Assembly (NCBI GenBank): GCA_030265395.1
Contig: JARFYF010000104.1
Span: 62,587,799 to 62,651,798 of the forward strand
DNA from: Rhina ancylostomus
Taxonomy: Eukaryota
Direction of reading: 5' to 3'
DNA length: 64,000 nucleotides
In this document: one piece after another, positions 13,601-25,617 of the stretch
How positions within the stretch are numbered: the first letter of the stretch is position 1
How the letters are laid out: each line of letters opens with the position of its first letter
Translations under genes and position numbers: made by a program
Notes under the pieces: model-generated
Seen by the model: only the letters and a program-made list of their open reading frames with translations
Databases searched by the model: none
Told to the model about the DNA's origin: nothing

Positions 13601-16021
13601 AGTTATAATTCAGGTTTGGGAGGGTGTTGAGAACTTAACCAAACTACTTGACCTTCAGCCATCCATTATGAGTGTAGCCATGAAACTGGCTATTTTTAAC
13701 TGGAACAATAAATGAAAGTAGTATAAAAAGGAAGGGCTTGCCAAGATAGAAGTGTGCACCATCTTTAGAAGTGTGGCCCTTTCGTCCTTCTGGAAGTTTA
13801 CTGTTTAGTTCTGCTCCACATAATGTAATAAAACAGCTTGGGTACAAAGTATTGTCCAAGCACTGTTCTTCTTTGTTTAAGAAACTGGCTAACTAAAGTT
13901 AGCTGTAGGCCAAAATACACAGAAGCAGGTTAAAAACTTTACATCAGGTCCACCTTTTCACGAATTGCCTTGTTACCTAGAGAGCCCCTTGACTATAATG
14001 GCAATAAGAAAATTGTGGTAAAGGTCAATTATAATTGGACTTGTGAAAAGAGTGATATGCTTTTTCACAAAAATATGATTTTAAATGATTCAGATATCCA
14101 TACTATATAATTGAAAACAGGCCATATGTGAAAGGCTTTACAATTTCCCCTTCTGCTACCTGTTGTTTCATAATATACTAAGCAAGCCTGCCACATTTGA
14201 TTTAATATTTTCTATAACCTTGTTATGGCAACTATTAATTTCTTCTGCTACTAACACAACAGAACTGGATTTCTATTGTTAACAGATTAATCAGTATTTT
14301 AACTATAGTTCACCATACTGGATAATGTGCTCTGGGGTTTTGTTGCTCTCTCCATTCTGTACCAGGCACTAAATCAGTATTGCTGCTCTTGGCTTCTTGA
14401 GCTAATATTTGCACACACACCACCCATCATCTACTGCCTCTTTACCTATTGCAGGGATATTCAGTACCAGATCCCATACAGTATAGTCACTCTCCTGTCT
14501 TAAGTAGCTTCTTGTCCATACATATATTTTGTAAAATTTAAAATCAGCAGCTATGTTATCATATGCCTGTAAGATACTTTAAAAATGTTCTCTTTTACTA
14601 CTGAAAGATTTTATTTCAAATTTCAACATTCTACTTACTGAAATAAAACCTAGAAAATTCTCCACATTCTGCAAATACAAAGCTCTGTAAAGAGCAAAAA
14701 TAACTAATGTTTCAGCTGAGTTACCCTTCAACCGAGTTACCCTTCAACCAACCTTTCCTTGTTATAGATTCTGACAATACTTCTGTAATTATATTTCCAG
14801 TTTTTGTTCTTATTTCAGATTTTGAATATCTGCATTTGTTCCTTGTTACAAAAAAGATTGCTATGCTTTTTGGAATATTTCTGATAAGAGGTCACTGACC
14901 AAAATGGTTAACTCTCTTTCCATCTCTCCACAGATGCTGCCTGCATAAGTTACAACTTACCTAGAAATACTTGTGATCCTAAGATAGATCTCTAACATTA
15001 CAGAACCAATTGTTACCAATTCAGGGAGAAAGGTTATGAATTCTGAGGCGAGGCAGATGTTGGGAACTAGCAGAGTGAGTTGTTTTCTGTTGAGGAAGGG
15101 TGATAATGCACTCATTCACATCCTAACTTCAATCCAGAGTGCTGCTGTTGATTTAAAAATAAATCAGCACTGGAGCAGATATTGGACAAAGATTTTAATA
15201 CAGGATCCTTAGTTGGTACTGGAATCAGGAGGAAGTGTTAATGGCCATCATAGACCTGGAAGAATATGTGTAAATACTTATAAGCTTTGCTCCAATCTCT
15301 CATGAAAGTTACCATTCTATACTAATTGTAATTAACCATGTCACACCAAGAACTGCAAAGAATTGAATGACACGTTAATTAACAGGACATATGGTTAATG
15401 TTCAGAGGATGGAAGAAGATGGTGAATATTACTTCAGAGAATGACAAAGCTTCCAGTAATGATTTTTAAATTTTGTTAATTTTGTTAGCTTTTTAATGAT
15501 TTTGCAGTAAGTTAAATGGAGATAATGTATCTGTGAAAACTGAACTTGTATTTAACTTATTTATGGGCACATGTGAACTAGGACTAACAATCATATGCTG
15601 GATATTTATACACATGGAATAATAAATATGATTTCAACTTGAAAATTAGAGGCTATGAAAATTATGGAATCCCAATTAAAGCATAATTTGTAACATTGCA
15701 TACTAAAACTACCAATGTAGAAAGTAATGACATGGAACATAAAGGTATTGAAATTATCAAACATCTCAGGCTTCCAGGTAAAAGTTCACAGCTTCAGTAT
15801 AGCAAAATCCATGCAAAATTATCCTTCAGACAAATTTTCTTTAGTGACATGGGAAGATATTTTAACCCAATGGGTTTCAGAGTGACAGGTGCTGGTAAAG
15901 CCAATTAAAGTAACAGCTTCAATACACTGATTTCGTTTCACTGCAAAATGCTGGGCTGTGTGGACACACCCTCGGGAGAGGCAGATTGACAATTACGTTA
16001 AAATTTTTAAAATTAAGATGT

Positions 16022-16243
16022 TTATTTACAGCATGGTAACAGGCCCTTCCAGCCTAACGAGTCCACGCCGCCCATTTTAACCTACCCGTACGTCTTTGGA
16101 ATGTGGGAGGAAACCAGAGCACCTGGAGGAAGCCCACGCAGACACGGGAGAACGTACAATCTCCTTATGGACAGCGACGGTAATCGAACCCTGATCGCTG
16201 GCACTTTAATAGTGTCGCACTAACCGCTACGCTACCGTGCTGC
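16022..16243 (-). mobile_element. tRNA-derived V-SINE (HE1-like) with CR1-type tail
   Basis: A/B boxes (gtagcgtagcggttag; gggttcgatt), V-core ggtttcctcccacattccaaagac, tail gaagggcctgttaccatgctgtaaataaa. Confidence 0.8.
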
Positions 16244-19200
16244 ACAATAACTGTTAAAGCAATATGACAGATTTATCGTCTTAACCTGAGGACCATGGGT
16301 TTCACAGGCTTGCTGAAGTTGGATAGCAAAAACAAGGCATGTACCTTAGACTAATTGGCTGGATCAGTCAATCTCAGGAAAATATCTACACAGTACTCAT
16401 ACCTGATGTCTTACTAAACTGTGAAAGGATTTTCATAGGAATTTTGCTGATGGTTGACTTTCTACACTCAAGATTTGATCTATCAGTTCAGTTTGGCTGC
16501 CTTGGATTGGACATCAGCTGAGGACAGAAATGACCACCAACAAAAGACCAGAAGCTAGGAGATAGATCAGCAGATGAGGAGAAACAGGGATATGAAGGGA
16601 GAAGTAGAGCAGCAGGAAATCACAGGTCAACCAGCTTGCTCTGTGTGTCAGGGGAGCAGTGCCTCTGGCTTGGGTCATTGCAATGACTTGGTGCAGACCA
16701 CTGCAGACTGTTGGAGCAAGACCAACTGCCATGCTGTACCTCTGGTTGTTGTTGTCATTATGGACCAACTTTAATATCTGTGTACACTTTTCTAGTGCTT
16801 TGCTGGAGATGTTTACCAATTGTTTAAGGCATGTGGCTGATGACCAGTTTACCAACACCATCAATGATGTTGACCTAGCCCGTGATTATGCCAGTGTGCT
16901 CAAGTTTCCTTCCTTGTCTGGTTTTCCCACAGGTTACACAATTGGCAATCAAGAGACCTCCAAGTTAACCCAGGAATATTTGTCAAAGACTTCTGTTGCA
17001 TTGAAGTGTCCACAGGGTCATGGACAATTTTCAACAGGCGTCCTGGGAAGCCGTTACAATGCTTTTGTTTTGCAGTAGTCCAATCTCCCTGATGTCCTCA
17101 CCTTAGAGAAGAGAGTGACAAGCTGTCTGCTCAAATGTACCCCCTTCAAACTTGGCCGACGGCATCGCATTAAAACTTGAGAATCCAGGACTAGTACAAT
17201 CTATACCACATCAGCACCAGCTGTGTGTCATTGAATGTCACAGCATGCTTAAAGTGCACTTCTGGTGTTAGGCCAGATGTGGAGGCACCATGAATGAGAA
17301 ATAGAAATCTGGTCACTTTTGGAGGGCTCTCAACTGTCCCATTTCCTGCATTTCTCCTGTCAGCCCTGCTCTTTCCACCTAGAGCAAGGATAACAGCATT
17401 CTCTTATTTCAGATACAAGCAAATGTTGTGCTCTGTATCCCACAGATTCAGCATTATTTTTCTCTCTGATCCTCATTCATCTCCTTTTATTTGCACCTCC
17501 TCCAGACAGATTGTGTGAAATGGTTCTTTTCTGCCTTAAGGATGAAGGACTCTGGTCACAAGCTTTGGAGATCAAAACTAGTTTAATCACAAAGGCAAAC
17601 GTGGGACAGAATGGATGGGAACAGACACACACTCACTTGCAAGATACCATGAACACAAGAGGGGTATTGCAACTAGGATAAGACACTCACACACACTGGT
17701 ACACACAAGCACACCATAACAATGTACAACTTCAGGATATAACACTTCAATGCCTGACCACCCTAGCACAGGCTCCAAAACTGCCCGGAGTCTGAGTGGA
17801 ACACTCCCAAACCACCTGGTGACGCACTCTTACCAGCGATCTCTGCAGTGTTGTTTCACTACTCCTGGGGTCATCAAAGAGGAAGGGCTAGGGGATTGCA
17901 GCCCTTTTTATGGTGCTAGGAGGCTGGGTGGAGCCTCACTTTGAGTGATTTAAACAGACCAATGGTTTGGGGGTCAAAGACAAAGGTACCTGCCACAGAC
18001 AATGGTCACGCAAGTTCAGAGTGGTCAGGCAAGTTCAGAGACAAAAGGTACTCTCACACCTGAGGGGTAGGTGGAGCCACACTTGGATTGACAGTAATAT
18101 CACTACCTAGAGGAGAAATGCTGTCCTCCAAACAGCAGGGGTCAGTGTCATTACTGTCACATGACAGCCATGTGGATTTCTTAATACAGATCATCTGCAA
18201 TTAACAAGTCTTCATCACCTTCCCTCGGCTGATATTGTTCAGTCTTTCCTGGTCTCCACCTATTACAGACATTCCCTTCACTTTCTACCCTGCCCTGCTT
18301 TTCTGCAACTTAAAACATGCTTACTTTCTAGCATTTCCTGGTTTTGATGAAAGATTGTCAACCTGAAAATGTTACTCTCTTTACACATGTTGATGATCTG
18401 TTGAGCAATATTTTCTCAGACATTCTCGAGCATATCCTTGTGAACACACAAAACTCTACAAAAGCAAAATATTACAATTGCTGGGATTAAATAACAGTTC
18501 AGACAGCTAGTACCTGTGGAGAGAGAGAAAAACAGAGTTTGCATTTCAGATTGAGTTTTGATGAAAGCTTATTGAACTGAAAAGTTAACTATTTCTCTCA
18601 TCACAGATGCTGCATGACTTGCTGGGTTTTATTACAATGCTTTCCTCTTTCATCTTCTGTGTTATCAGGACAACAGGCACTGGATGGAGTTCTGAATGTG
18701 GATGGTGCAGTGAGTCAGAACTGGAAATGCTTTCAACAGTCGAGCTCTTTGAGGAAAAATGCCTTCTGTGACCTCTATCAACTATTAAAAATGATGAAGC
18801 AGCATTGACTGTTGCAACTTCTCATCATGTACAGGCTCATATTTCAGTCACTGTTGACTTTAAGCCAACATAATTGAAAGTAATTAAAAGTCCATTGACT
18901 GACTGATATTCATTTGCGCAACCAAGTATGTCTCATGAAAAAATATTAAATTTGTGTTTAACCTTTATATTTATCAGATTACCTTTGGAGAATCAGAGTT
19001 TGCTAAACAGCAATTATGGCTTAGTGTCCCATTAAGAGCTCACTTGGATCTCTTGCAGCAAAGCATAATGTAATCAGGGTATCGTGCAGCAGAGTTAGAA
19101 AACATCTTAAATTTGCATCAATGCAATGGATTTCCTTTGAATCTGTTGGAAAAGGGTGCAAATAGCATAGCCTGTGGGAGAGCACCAAATTACTGACAGC

Positions 19201-19687
19201 AGCTACAGGGCTTCAGATTAACCCCGGGAGGAATGCCCAGAAATCTCAGTTTTTTTCTTAAGTTTCCTAGTGTTATGGCAGAAAATGGAGTTTTGCTATC
19301 ATTTCTAGTTCAAAATGTGTGCTGTTAACTGCTGGGAAAAATCAGCACAGGCCTGGCTATCAAAATACATACCTAGTTTCATAAGTGAACCCTATGATTT
19401 TAACTAAGTCCCTTAAACAAATTCTTATTATAATAGCCCACAAGGGCCATTCTGTAATAGTCACAATGGTGTTATTCAACAAGTTTTATCTTACCATTCA
19501 TTTTAATGGCAGCCAGAATTCTGATAATTAGCTGTTCAATTTTTCCCATCAAGGAGTTCTGGGGAGCAATGCAAAATCTCNNNNNNNNNNNNNNNNNNNN
19601 NNNNNNNNNNNNNNNNNNNNNNNNNNNNNNNNNNNNNNNNNNNNNNNNNNNNNNNNNNNNNNNNNNNNNNNNNNNNNNNNNNNNNNN

Positions 19688-19770
19688 CAGGTAGGTTAAT
19701 TTGGGGTTTAAAATGGGTGGCGCGGACTCGTTGGGCCGGAAGGGCCTGTTACCACGCTGTAAATTTAAAA
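19688..19770 (+). mobile_element. SINE 3' fragment (same family as 16022)
   Basis: aaaatgggtggcgcggactcgttgggccggaagggcctgttacc. Confidence 0.75.
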
Positions 19771-20369
19771 ATTAAAAAAAAATTTCCTAACTTGCAACAT
19801 TTATATTCCCCCACCACCAGGTCTAAATTGGCTCCCACTCAAGCAATGCATGAACTTTAAAATGGTCAAACTGATTTACAAATCCTCTAGAGAATAGAAA
19901 AAATTCAGGATAATAACGAGAGATCTTTAAACTATATTTGGAATCAAGGGGCAAGAATGCACTCTCTCTGATTCAGCTCTTTGCTCTATAATCAGGCTTC
20001 ACCCGAAAGCAACATTTTGATTTTGCATGTGTACAGGCGCAGAAGGTCAATTAACCCAAGGAAGGAAAACATCATGTTTTTCTACTGACTCTAACCTGAC
20101 ATGAGGAACAAAACTCTACCATTTCATGGATTTTAAACCATATTTTAGATTTAGATTACCACTTGAACATGAAAAGTAATATAATGGTTAAATATAGCAG
20201 GGTTTCCAATCAGAATCTGGATCCAGGTCCAGGCTGTTAATGTACTGCCTTAATTGGTTATCTTACCATTTTTACTGTTTGCTCAAATTGGAGGTTAATT
20301 CAGGGTCTAGAAACTAAAATCGACACTTGACAGATTGTTTCAAAATGTCTCTCACACCACCTCCATCCA

Positions 20370-21200
20370 GGGACAGTTGCACCTCCCCTAATATCATCTA
20401 CTGCATTCTGTGCTCCAAGTGTGGCTTCCTTTAATTGGCAAGACCAAACGCAGACTAGGTGACCATTTCATAGAACACGCGCTCTGTCCGTAACTGCAAT
20501 CTGCATCTCCCCGTTGCCGGTCACTTCAACTCCCCCTCCATCACTGATATGTCAGTCCTTAGCCTCCTCTACCGCCAGGAGAAGTCCCAACACAAACTGG
20601 AAGAACAGCAGCTAATTTTTCATTTTGGGACTTTACAGCATGAACATNNNNNNNNNNNNNNNNNNNNNNNNNNNNNNNNNNNNNNNNNNNNNNNNNNNNN
20701 NNNNNNNNNNNNNNNNNNNNNNNNNNNNNNNNNNNNNNNNNNNNNNNNNNNNNNNNNNNNNNNNNNNNNNNNNNNNNNNNNNNNNNNNNNNNNNNNNNNN
20801 NNNNNNNNNNNNNNNNNNNNNNNNNNNNNNNNNNNNNNNNNNNNNNNNNNNNNNNNNNNNNNNNNNNNNNNNNNNNNCACTATCTCTGACCTGCATCTAC
20901 ATGTCACCACTTTGTGCCTGCCCTGCCTCCCCTCTTTCGTCCACCTATCACTGCTGTTTCCTCCCACCCTGCTTTGACTGTCTGCTTTTCTCCACAGATG
21001 CTGCTTGACCTGCTGAGTTCCTTCTGCATCTTGTTTTTTTCATCTAGATTCCAGCATCTGCAGTCCTTTCTCTTGTTTTTTTCTCCCCATTTTCCCAGTT
21101 CTGACGCAGAGCTGTCAACTTGAAACATCATCTCTTTCCAGAGCTTTTGCAATGCAAGTACTTAGAGCATTTTCAACAATTTTACTTCAGATTTCCAGCA
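20370..21200 (+). mobile_element. Penelope-like element remnant (GIY-YIG end plus pLTR-like tail)
   Basis: Decayed IYCILCSKCG...IGKTKRRLGDHFIEH; downstream ccacagatgctgcttgacctgctgagtt motif, with related pieces at ~14700-14940, 18200-18650, 29400-29490 and 46630-46790. Confidence 0.7.
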
Positions 21201-23274
21201 CCCAGTTTTTGTGTTATTTTCATAAAACAATGGCTAATTTTAGAGCCACAGCTCAAGTGTAGGGCATGACCAGAACTACACACAAAAGGGAAATAGATAG
21301 TTCCTAAAAAAGGAATTTTGTAATGTAACACAATAACACTATAAGTAGCATCATCTTACAAAAAATGTACACGTCAAAAAAAAAAGTTAATACAGCATCA
21401 TGACATGATAAATAGTGCCATCTACTTTTCTTTCAGGCATCTCAATTTTGACTTGAATTATTGTCATACTTTGTTTTGTTGGAAGGGAAGTGAAAATATG
21501 CAGATTAAGTGAACGGATGAAAAGATAGCTGATTAGCTTGAGTTTTCTGTCTAAATAATCTGCGTTTCCAAAACCATTGTGCATAAATATCTGTAAATCA
21601 AATCCACTAATCTAAGGTAGTTGTATAAATTAAATTCCATAGCATGTTGTGGATTTATTAAAGCTGATTTAATGTTTTTCTTGTGGGAAAACAGATCTAG
21701 ATATTCTGCTTCAATTATTCTGGCACTTTTGAAGCACAGAATAATTTGCATTGCTTTAGGATTTTTAAGTGGAGGATAAGTTCTGAAAGCATGAAATTTT
21801 CTAAAATAAGACATGTTTTGCATCATTTGTAATCTTATTCAGCCTTTGAAGTTAATTCTTGGGTGGATGTCCAGATAATTTTGGATCATTGTAATTTTCC
21901 TCAGTAACCCTACTATAATTCTTTTAGAAGTACTCACGACACACTTTACAATGCTCTCCAATATAGTTCCGAATAGAATAACTACCAGGGAATACCATTT
22001 CATTCCTCAAGGATGGATGAGGTTTCCTATTACATACTTATGAGTTAAAAGATCCTAAATAAAATCCCATGCAAAAGATCTTCTAATATTAAAAGAAACT
22101 AGGACTTTACATACAAAAACATTTTGTAAATGCATGAGCAGATTGCTGTTTTTAGACCTAAAAGACTCAAACTAAAGTCATGATACATACCCAAAACATT
22201 CATCATAGTAAGTTTCTCCAATTCGGATGCCATAAGTCAAAGAATTGCCAACAAATTCAATCAAAAATTTGAAATGGAAATGTAATATTTGAAGGGGAAG
22301 CATTATGGAGAAAACAGTCGTGAAGGCCTAATTGGATACATCTTTATGCAGACTGACACATGGGCTGAGTCAGTTTGATACAACCCACAGCTGACACAAG
22401 GCCCCCACACTAATTCTGTGGCCATACCTGCGGGATGGGTCAAGCTAGAGGCCTGCTCTGTGTGTTACTCCCAAACTTGAGTGGTCAGTATGGCAACTAG
22501 ATCCCAACACCACGTCACAGAAATCCATTCTGAAAAAACAGCCCTCCTCCACTGCCCTCTATCTTCTATGACCAAGCCAATTTTGGATCAAATTTATCCT
22601 GAATCCCATGTGACATGACACCAGCCTACCATGAGGGACCTTGTCAAATATTTTACTAAATTCCATGTATACAACATCCACTGACCAACCTTCAAATCAA
22701 CTTTGTAACTTCGTCACTCCTTTGTTATGGTTTAATGGAGGTCAGTGTTTCGGTAGCATATTGATGTTGAAAAGCAAAGTATAATTATATTTTGATTTTT
22801 TCTCTACTTCCACTGGAATCCAATTGATAATAGAATTGAACTTAAAAGCTGAAATTTATCAAACCACGTTCAAGAATAAAACGTAGACCCCAAGCCATTG
22901 CATTTATAAATTTCATAAGGCACTTTACAGACTGTTCCTCATCGTTACTGTAATATTTTTAACAGAGCAGTTTAGTTTCTAAACCATCACTAGTGCCTCC
23001 ACCAGCCTTTGCATTCAGATTATGAATTGTCCCCAACAATTCATCAATCTCAATGCAAAGGCTGTGCAGTCTGTGATCAAATAAATGTCTGTCAGGAGAT
23101 AACCTAGACTTCCAGAGAGAACGCTCATGTTTAAGTTCTTTGAAAAAGTAGTGGATATTTCACTGTTGCCCAAGTAGACTATCTCAGTTTGACATTACTC
23201 TCCCGGTGATTTGCTGAAGGTCAAGCCCAGCCAGTTTGCTCAAATATTTGAAATTATTCAACCAGAACACAGTA

Positions 23275-23620
23275 TGGCACAGTAGCATAGCTGTCTGTAA
23301 GGAGTTTGTACGTTCTCCTGTGTCTACATGGGTTTCCTCTGGGTGCTCCGGTTTCCTCCCACATTCTAAAGATGCACGGGTAGGTTAGTATGGGGTTTAA
23401 AATGGGCGGCGCGGACTCGTTGGGCCAGAAGGGCCTGTTACCATGCTGTAAATNNNNNNNNNNNNNNNNNNNNNNNNNNNNNNNNNNNNNNNNNNNNNNN
23501 NNNNNNNNNNNNNNNNNNNNNNNNNNNNNNNNNNNNNNNNNNNNNNNNNNNNNGGTTTAAAATGGGCGGCGCGGACTCGTTGGGCCAGAAGGGCCTGTTA
23601 CCATGCTGTAAATAAAAAAA
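23275..23620 (+). mobile_element. V-SINE (same family as 16022), spans a gap
   Basis: V-core plus CR1-type tail; tail duplicated across the N gap. Confidence 0.75.
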
Positions 23621-25488
23621 ATTAAAAACTGACAAGGCACAAGTGCCAGTGTACAATGGCTGACACTTAAACAGCTATTATGCATTGATGACTAACTTGA
23701 CAATCAACAGGAAATCCTGTGTTTATAGGGTGTAAATTTGCCTGCTGCATTGGGAATACCAAATACAGATTGGGCAGATGTTCAACTTCACACCTCTGTC
23801 TAGTTCAAGAGCGAAGCTTCAGGTTGACCACTTTAATTCTCTACCTTATGCACATTGCATCCTTGGTGTCATATTCTACTCTTAACTAGTCCCTCACGAG
23901 TGACTGGCTTCGGTTGTAAATTCTGTGGGTACTGATATGGCTATTAAGGTCAATGCAGGACTCAGACTTTGCCAAAAGGTGGAGACAGGTGGTACAGGGT
24001 AGTTGTGTGGAAAGTGCTATGCTTGTTTTTTTGCTTGGCTCCTGCAAAAGCTAGGGTCTCGGTGCCTCCCCATCTGCTTCTGGATTAGATTAGTCAATTT
24101 TCTTTCTCTCCTGCCCACCCCCAGACTGGCCTTGAATGTATCCCCAGAGCACTTTGTGATTCTCCTAATATTGGAGTGATTAAGCTCAAAATACCCATTT
24201 CAGGAGTCTGCTGTCCCACGTGCAAACTACACCACCAACTTATCCAAGTGTTCAACCATAAGCACAGCTTTGCCATAGGGACAGTGCCTTAATAGGAAAC
24301 TCAATGAGCTGCTTATCCTACAATGCACTGATATTTTTCAAAGACCAAATTGGTACCAAAACATGCTATTGAGAGCTGCCCTGTGTCTCTAGAATGTAGG
24401 AAACCTACCATTCTACTAATTTAAATGAATAACACTTTGATAATAGGTACAAAGTTTGACCAAGGGACCAACATTAAACAAAAGCAGAAAATTACCCAAT
24501 ACTTGATCCTTATCATTAGGAAGGCCAACCTTCACCTTATTACCTCCAGTTTAGGACCTTCCTTATGGGCCTGTCCTATCCTTTTCCATTACCATCTTAA
24601 GTCTATCAGAATTATGGCCACTAGAGCTAAAGTGCTTCCTGACCACCACTTCTATTATGTTCCAAAACGAAGGTCCAATATTGCACCCTCCCAAGTAGGG
24701 TCCTCTATATATTGAGTAAAATTTGAGTCAATTTCTTTGACATTACTTACCCAAAGTCCAGGATCCACATTTCAATCACAACCCATTCTTTCACTTTCAA
24801 TGGCTGCACCAGCAAGGCCTGCTGATCTGTTTAAACCATTACCCAAATACTTCCAGAACAAAGAAACTGCAGGGTTGGTGCACATCACTTGCATTTTACA
24901 TTCCCTGTTTGCAAACCTTGGGCATTTTAAAGCAGAGGAATTGCAAATAAACCATCCTATTTTACCATCCCAATATGTTAAGGGATTGACAGCTGTCAGT
25001 TACTGTATATCATGGAATCTTAGATGAAATTTTGCACTTCATCCCAGTGAATTTTTGCTAAGTAGCTTTTTAATTGGCACCTAGTGATCAATTTTGGCAG
25101 TAAAATATTCCCATATATCAATCATTAAACCAACATCCTAATTTCAATTCCCCCAAGTCTCCTAAAAGCTTTAGCAGTTTGTTCAAGTTCCCAGGCAGCA
25201 GGTGCAGAGGCCCATGTGAAAAATAATTCTGGAGTTGGACTAAGCCATGTAGCTGCAGGGGACTGCAGGCTAGCCAGAACTCATGCTGTATCCCTGTGTA
25301 GATTGGGTCAGAGTTCACAGGATAGTGCTAATGATTAAATTGGATTCAATCCTTGGGGGAAAATGGCTAAAGACATATCCTGTTNNNNNNNNNNNNNNNN
25401 NNNNNNNNNNNNNNNNNNNNNNNNNNNNNNNNNNNNNNNNNNNNNNNCCACTCAGCAGTGAGAAAACTACAACTGTGAAAATTCACAT

Positions 25489-25494
25489 TTTATT
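25489..25494 (-). promoter_or_regulatory. Candidate polyadenylation signal AATAAA
   Basis: Lies 16 nt past the stop codon; AT-rich context, so may be chance. Confidence 0.35.
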
Positions 25495-25510
25495 CTTTGC
25501 TTTGTACAGA

Positions 25511-25617
25511 TTAATTACTTTGAAAGGCTGGATTCTCAAAATGGGTGTATTTCATGTTTCTCCTCTGCCATGTCTGCCAAGCAAGGTAACCAAGTACGCC
25601 AGCAACAATCAATAGTG
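25511..25617 (-). CDS. Terminal exon: TM end plus cytoplasmic tail
   Basis: ccttttttcag/ [35 protein letters not shown]; aligns with the LDLR-family W..W..KN...F.NPxY pattern. Confidence 0.85.

Noticed and set aside
16022-16243. tRNA genes at SINE heads (also 61120)
   Set aside because: A/B boxes run into SINE core and tail sequence, occur in diverged copies, and do not form a full cloverleaf.
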